NCBI RefSeq assembly: GCF_000981785.2
Contig: NZ_CP011304.1
Location: 2,730,001-2,762,000 of the forward strand
Reading direction: 5' to 3'
Source: Microcystis aeruginosa NIES-2549
GTDB lineage: Bacteria > Cyanobacteriota > Cyanobacteriia > Cyanobacteriales > Microcystaceae
DNA: 32,000 nucleotides
The notes under the pieces are model-generated. The model saw nothing but the letters and a program-made list of their open reading frames with translations. It ran no database searches and was not told the DNA's origin. The translations under genes were made by a program, and so were the position numbers. Below, piece after piece: positions 28,190 to 32,000 of this stretch (its first letter is position 1; each line of letters starts with the position of its first letter).

Positions 28190-28580
28190 AAATTGCTCCT
28201 AAACAGCTTCTTTTGTTGGATTTAACTAACGGGAAGTGAAAAAATGCCAATCTCAGCAATAGCTCAAAAATTCCCGCGGATAACACAAAAGGGAGAAAAA
28301 TTCCGCTAGTAGTGGCAAAAATGGGAAAGAAAAGTCAGGTTTCCGGTTTGGGGCTACGTTCTTTAAAGACATCGATTCGATTAATAGACGGCCTCGGCGA
28401 TCACTAAAAAATCGCCCTTATAGAGTCATTGTGACATAAATTTTCACTTCCTAACAGTATCTGTGGATGGAATGGGGAAATGGGGGAATTTCACCCAAAA
28501 CCCTAAAACCCCAACACCTAACACCGATGCTGATTTAAGTAGCTGGTTATAATTAAATTAAAAATGGATTTTGCCTTTAA

Positions 28581-28656
28581 TCCCCCCTGCCCCCCTTGAT
28601 CAGGGGGGTGCCGATAGGCGGGGGGATCCCCCCTGCCCCCCTTGATAAGGGGGGTG
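28581..28656. repeat. Tandem pair of 30-nt C-run/G-run palindromic units (REP/MITE-like)
   Basis: tcccccctgccccccttgatcaggggggtg (28581-28610) and tcccccctgccccccttgataaggggggtg (28627-28656) differ at 1 nt. Each folds as ccccctt-gat(c/a)-aaggggg-type hairpins. The spacer contains ggcgggggga, complementary to the next unit's 5' end. The pair lies 19 nt downstream of the hydrolase stop. Confidence 0.75.
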
Positions 28657-28674
28657 TCTGACAACTTTTAACGC

Positions 28675-29517
28675 CTACCTACTTAAAATAGCCATCATCT
28701 TTTCGGCCACCGCTGCTGTTTGTTCGAGCATGGCAAAATGACCACAACCGGATAACTCAATCACGTTGCCGCCAGTTTCAAACAAGGGATGAAAACTGGC
28801 CAGATGGTTAACGTACTTAACTTCCATAATCGTATCCTCTTTCCCCGCCAGAAAATAGACCGGTTGCGGGAGACGGGAGACAATCTGGGGTAAAAGATGA
28901 ACTTCGCTGATAGTGGTGGTTTCCAAAAGTGATCCTAGGGCTGCTTGGTAATCGGCCCGGACAAAATCAATCACTCGCTGTTTGCCCCATTTTTTACTTA
29001 GGGTTTGCTTGACCATCATCCGCGAGAATAAAACATCAATCAAGGGAACACTAGGCAACCAAGGCGGTCTTCTCTGTAAAATCTGTCTTCCAGCTTCCCG
29101 AAATCGCTCAAATTCCTCCTTTAGATAGATGCCGCCGCCGGCATTCATACAGATTACCCCTTTAATGCGTTCAGGACAGATATCCGCGGCCCACAAAGCC
29201 ACACTGCCACCGAGGGAATGACCGACTAACCAAGCAGCATCGAGGTTTAAGCGGTTAAGAAGGGTGATAACGTCTTGGGAGTAGGATTCAAGATTATAAC
29301 TACTAGGAGGACTGTTAGAGGTGATTTTTTGGGAGTCGCCAAAGCCCCGGAGATCGTAAACTAGACAGGGATAATCTGGGGAGAGAATATCTACCAAAGG
29401 CTGCCAGTAGTGACGACTCAGCAGCCAACCGTGTATAAAGACTAAAACCGGTTTATCCGCTCGGGGCGAAAATAACTCGTAACTGTGGGATACTCCCGAT
29501 ATGTCGATGGTAGGCAT
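28675..29517 (-). CDS. Alpha/beta-fold hydrolase
   Basis: The oxyanion-region HG is FIHGW. The nucleophile elbow is GHSLGG. The C-terminal GCGHFAMLE holds the catalytic His region. The length is 280 aa. Confidence 0.85.
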   Translation of the reverse strand: MPTIDISGVSHSYELFSPRADKPVLVFIHGWLLSRHYWQPLVDILSPDYPCLVYDLRGFGDSQKITSNSPPSSYNLESYSQDVITLLNRLNLDAAWLVGHSLGGSVALWAADICPERIKGVICMNAGGGIYLKEEFERFREAGRQILQRRPPWLPSVPLIDVLFSRMMVKQTLSKKWGKQRVIDFVRADYQAALGSLLETTTISEVHLLPQIVSRLPQPVYFLAGKEDTIMEVKYVNHLASFHPLFETGGNVIELSGCGHFAMLEQTAAVAEKMMAILSR

Positions 29518-29750
29518 ATAATCAATCTCAACCTAAATTAAACCGTTGATAGGGGTTACTAGGAAAACTTCTAGGGAAAAATAACTGTATTTAGCCTTGT
29601 TTATAGAGCAGAATCAGGGAAGCTTAGGATATTCCCCCCTATAGCTGATGACTAACCGCTATAGACAATTTCAAAAGCTTCTACTTAAAGTATAAAACAC
29701 TGGAGATACCTCTCTAAAATAGGATAAAAACCCTAGACCAGGATTCATCT

Positions 29751-30203
29751 ATGAAATGCGATCGCTTTTTGACTTTTTCCCTAGTGTTAAGTCTGGGATT
29801 AGCTTTTCCCCCCTCTTTACCCGCTCAAAATCCCCCCGCTACCACCTTTCAACCAGGTCCTTGGCAGCCGGTTGCGAGGGTGAATATCAGTCGTCCTGTG
29901 GAGATTAAAATTATCAATCAAACCGATATTGACCTCAATTATGACCTATCGGCCAATATTGATTCCTCTCCCCAATTATTATCTCCTGGTACGGAGACAA
30001 CTCTAAGAGGTTTGGTAATTCCAGCATATATTCTGATTAATCGAGCTAATGCCGCCGCGGATCGCTATTCTTCTAGTTTAATCTATGCCGTAGAGGTCAA
30101 TGATGATAATTTAGTCACGATTACTGTCACCAAAGTTCCGGGGAGTACCCCCGGTTATACCACCTTTAACATCAATCAACAGGGTGCTATTTATATTTAC
30201 TAG
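29751..30203 (+). CDS. Secreted hypothetical protein
   Basis: A signal peptide (FLTFSLVLSLGLAFPPSLPAQ) is followed by a beta-rich 120-aa region. I recognise no family. Confidence 0.5.
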   Translation: MKCDRFLTFSLVLSLGLAFPPSLPAQNPPATTFQPGPWQPVARVNISRPVEIKIINQTDIDLNYDLSANIDSSPQLLSPGTETTLRGLVIPAYILINRANAAADRYSSSLIYAVEVNDDNLVTITVTKVPGSTPGYTTFNINQQGAIYIY

Positions 30204-30395
30204 CTCTAGCTTAGGGCGATCAGACTACAATTATATGATCGCGATCGAGATTTATTTGAGATCGATCGACAATTGTAACGTTTTAGTCAATTAACGGTAA
30301 TTTCCGCCCCACGGAGGTTAAGTTAATAGGGGTCTAACTCCCAAATTAGCCTACAAAAGATTAAAAAATCTCCTACAAACCTGGCGAGGACAAGC

Positions 30396-30668
30396 ATGAA
30401 TACAATCACTAATTTTTTAGCTAGTGCTATTGTCGGTGGTTGGATTATGACTATGGCAGTTTTTGCCATCCAAAATATCCAACCAGTTTCTTTAAAGTTT
30501 CTACAATTTGAGTCAATTAAACTACCCATCGGCATTTTATTGGCTTTTTCTTTGGCAATGGGATTTTTTATCGCCGCAGTTATTCCCGCTTTTTTGCGAA
30601 AGTCGAAAAAATCTCCTCGCAGTCGCTTTTCTCCCCCAGAATCGGGGTTAGACGAGTTTGATTTTTAA
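30396..30668 (+). CDS. LapA-domain (DUF1049-like) small membrane protein
   Basis: Two TM helices bracket the pattern IQN..PVSLKFL......LP.G, which is typical of LapA_dom proteins. A basic C-terminal tail follows. I prefer it over the antisense ORF at 30323-30535. Confidence 0.6.
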   Translation: MNTITNFLASAIVGGWIMTMAVFAIQNIQPVSLKFLQFESIKLPIGILLAFSLAMGFFIAAVIPAFLRKSKKSPRSRFSPPESGLDEFDF

Positions 30669-30739
30669 ATAGGACTGTCTGAATAATAGCAAATCCGTTT
30701 TTAATAGTCTGGTTAACTCCCAAGCGAACTTTAAAAACC

Positions 30740-30755
30740 CACTTCCCACTTCCCA
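30740..30755 (+). repeat. Short dispersed intergenic repeat CACTTCCCACTTCCCA (copy 3 of 3)
   Basis: Identical to 1416-1431. It lies 10 nt from the stop of the cas RAMP gene. Confidence 0.6.
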
Positions 30756-30765
30756 CAGCCTAGGA

Positions 30766-32000
30766 TTATAAAGGGAAGATTTGAGCGAAATTTTGAGAAA
30801 TAGTTTTAGCTTTCAATTCACTGACGAAATTTTTACGAGGAGCTGCCGTCGCTCCGAATACAGTAACTATTTGGTAATCTCCTAAATCAGCAATCCACAC
30901 AGGAGAAGGTTTAGCTCCACCACTGACTTTACCACAGAGATTACCATCATATTCTCTTTGACCATTTTTACTGGTAATTTTCAAAGTATCACTGTGAAGA
31001 ATCGCTAAAGCATGGGGTTTACCTCTTTGTTCATTTCCTGCACAGACAAAAATTTGACAGTTACTATCGGCTGCATCAATCCATTGATTTTGTGAAACTT
31101 GATCTACTGTTCTGAGATTATTAGTATTGATATTGGTTTCACTAATGTTATCCAAAATACCATAAAAATCTCGCAATCTTTGCTGAAATTGTTGTTTAAA
31201 ACCCTGCAGATCATTGGGAATTGCCCAAAAATCTTCTTCACTGTCAATATACAATGTCGAACCACGAAACCAGGGGGCGTGTTCACGACTTTTGCGAGAA
31301 TAACTAGGTCGTCTTGCACCTTGACCAATACCACCCATATCAGCTAAAAACCAAGTCAAATGTTTAGCTAATTTTTTGACAGCTTCTTCTTTATCTTTTG
31401 GGGTTTCAGAAGATAAAGATAAAACTAAAGTTCCCTGTTGTTCACCACAGGGATCATTTTTACCCTGAGCATTGGTTCGAGGTTCTTTTTGGCTAACTTT
31501 ACCATCAAGAATATTCACTTGTAGATAACCGTATTTTTTAGGATTAATACCGCCAAATAATTCAGTTTCAATGTTTTGAACTTCGTTAATAGGTAAAACT
31601 CCAGATGCCAAAACACGAAACCAGTATCGCAGCATCGATTTAAAGGCTGTCGGACGAACTTCTGCGACGGGTGCGCTCCGCATTTGCCATTCATTGCGTC
31701 GCTCATTCCATTGCCATTGGGTGAATCGTTGATAACCATGAATTAATTGACCTTCTAGCTCGAAATCCAAGCGATAAAACCCCGAATCATGGCTATTTTT
31801 ATTATTATCAGGATGACTCGTATCATCAATTTGCTTTAATTGACCGTAACCACTATTTACTTGTGAACCTATGCCAAGCTGTAAACCTTTTTTAAGCCAT
31901 TGTTTTACCTGTTCCAGTATCTTTTCATCACCACAGTTACTAGCTAGACGTAAACCAATTAAAAAAGTTGGTTCTTTGAGAGACAAAAAAGGATTAGGGT
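30766..32000 (-). CDS. cmr1: Type III CRISPR-associated RAMP protein, 5'-partial: complete Cmr1-like unit fused behind the C-terminus of another RAMP domain (Cmr6-like G-rich loop)
   Basis: The frame stays open to the window edge (..PNPFLSLKEP..). LQLGIGSQVNSGYGQL is a RAMP glycine-rich loop. A full Cmr1 pattern then follows: EVRPTAFKSMLRYWFRVL, ELFGG, LADMGGIGQGARRP and AKPSPVWIADLGDYQIVTVFG. From memory, P. furiosus Cmr1 has EVRSPSIKGAMRWWFRAL, VFGS, LGSVGFRSRRG and RRASPLWFGVV. Confidence 0.8.
   Translation of the reverse strand, partial: PNPFLSLKEPTFLIGLRLASNCGDEKILEQVKQWLKKGLQLGIGSQVNSGYGQLKQIDDTSHPDNNKNSHDSGFYRLDFELEGQLIHGYQRFTQWQWNERRNEWQMRSAPVAEVRPTAFKSMLRYWFRVLASGVLPINEVQNIETELFGGINPKKYGYLQVNILDGKVSQKEPRTNAQGKNDPCGEQQGTLVLSLSSETPKDKEEAVKKLAKHLTWFLADMGGIGQGARRPSYSRKSREHAPWFRGSTLYIDSEEDFWAIPNDLQGFKQQFQQRLRDFYGILDNISETNINTNNLRTVDQVSQNQWIDAADSNCQIFVCAGNEQRGKPHALAILHSDTLKITSKNGQREYDGNLCGKVSGGAKPSPVWIADLGDYQIVTVFGATAAPRKNFVSELKAKTISQNFAQIFPL

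Noticed and set aside
28190-28580. A 390-nt ORF-free region considered as an ncRNA or riboswitch locus
   Set aside because: I could identify no conserved structure, promoter-terminator pair or known RNA motif. There is not enough evidence to call a feature.
28581-28656. Possible CRISPR array, given the cas gene in the window
   Set aside because: There are only two units, the 16-nt spacer is far too short, and the units are G/C-run palindromes typical of REP/MITE elements. I saw no repeat-spacer periodicity next to the cas gene at 30204-30765 either.
30323-30535. 70-aa minus-strand ORF
   Set aside because: It overlaps the plus-strand LapA-domain-like ORF, which has a recognisable family pattern.
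31099-31739. ORFs 31099-31347(+), 31104-31334(-) and 31515-31739(-)
   Set aside because: They are shadow or out-of-frame ORFs inside the Cmr1-like RAMP gene.

Overview
The window looks like chromosomal DNA from a cyanobacterium. The HIP1 octamer GCGATCGC occurs at least 9 times, against about 0.5 expected by chance. Gene content and intergenic repeat style suggest a Microcystis-like organism, but I cannot confirm this without a database search.

Housekeeping genes form the backbone: def, a 2Fe-2S ferredoxin, pyrG, pyrH-frr, cbiD, guaA, two Ser/Thr kinases, a PLP-dependent decarboxylase, an S8 peptidase and an alpha/beta hydrolase. Several AT-rich or unusual accessory modules interrupt it:
- **21.17-24.42 kb (top candidate for an undescribed defence system):** a three-gene island between guaA and the peptidase. 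It encodes a DUF262/ParB-like protein without a nuclease half, a small HEPN-type Rx4H protein, and a C5 cytosine DNA methyltransferase.
- **15.4-18.2 kb:** an islet between frr and cbiD. It carries an MntA nucleotidyltransferase antitoxin, a truncated HepT toxin gene, an orphan Ras-like P-loop GTPase, and an Rpn/PD-(D/E)XK nuclease with a DUF4351-type tail.
- **5.3-9.8 kb:** a five-gene operon joining a NitT/TauT-type ABC importer to an acyl-CoA-dehydrogenase-fold protein and a tandem DUF4242 protein.
- **26.2-27.7 kb:** a cupredoxin translationally coupled to a CAX-type exchanger that lacks both signature glutamates.
- **About 13.0-13.3 kb:** a decayed IS605-family TnpB relic.
- **Right edge:** a partial type III CRISPR RAMP gene with a full Cmr1-like unit fused behind another RAMP domain, so a cas locus probably continues beyond the window.

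I found no rRNA gene, tRNA gene or CRISPR array. All calls rest on motif reading of the supplied translations and manual inspection of the DNA. No searches were run.
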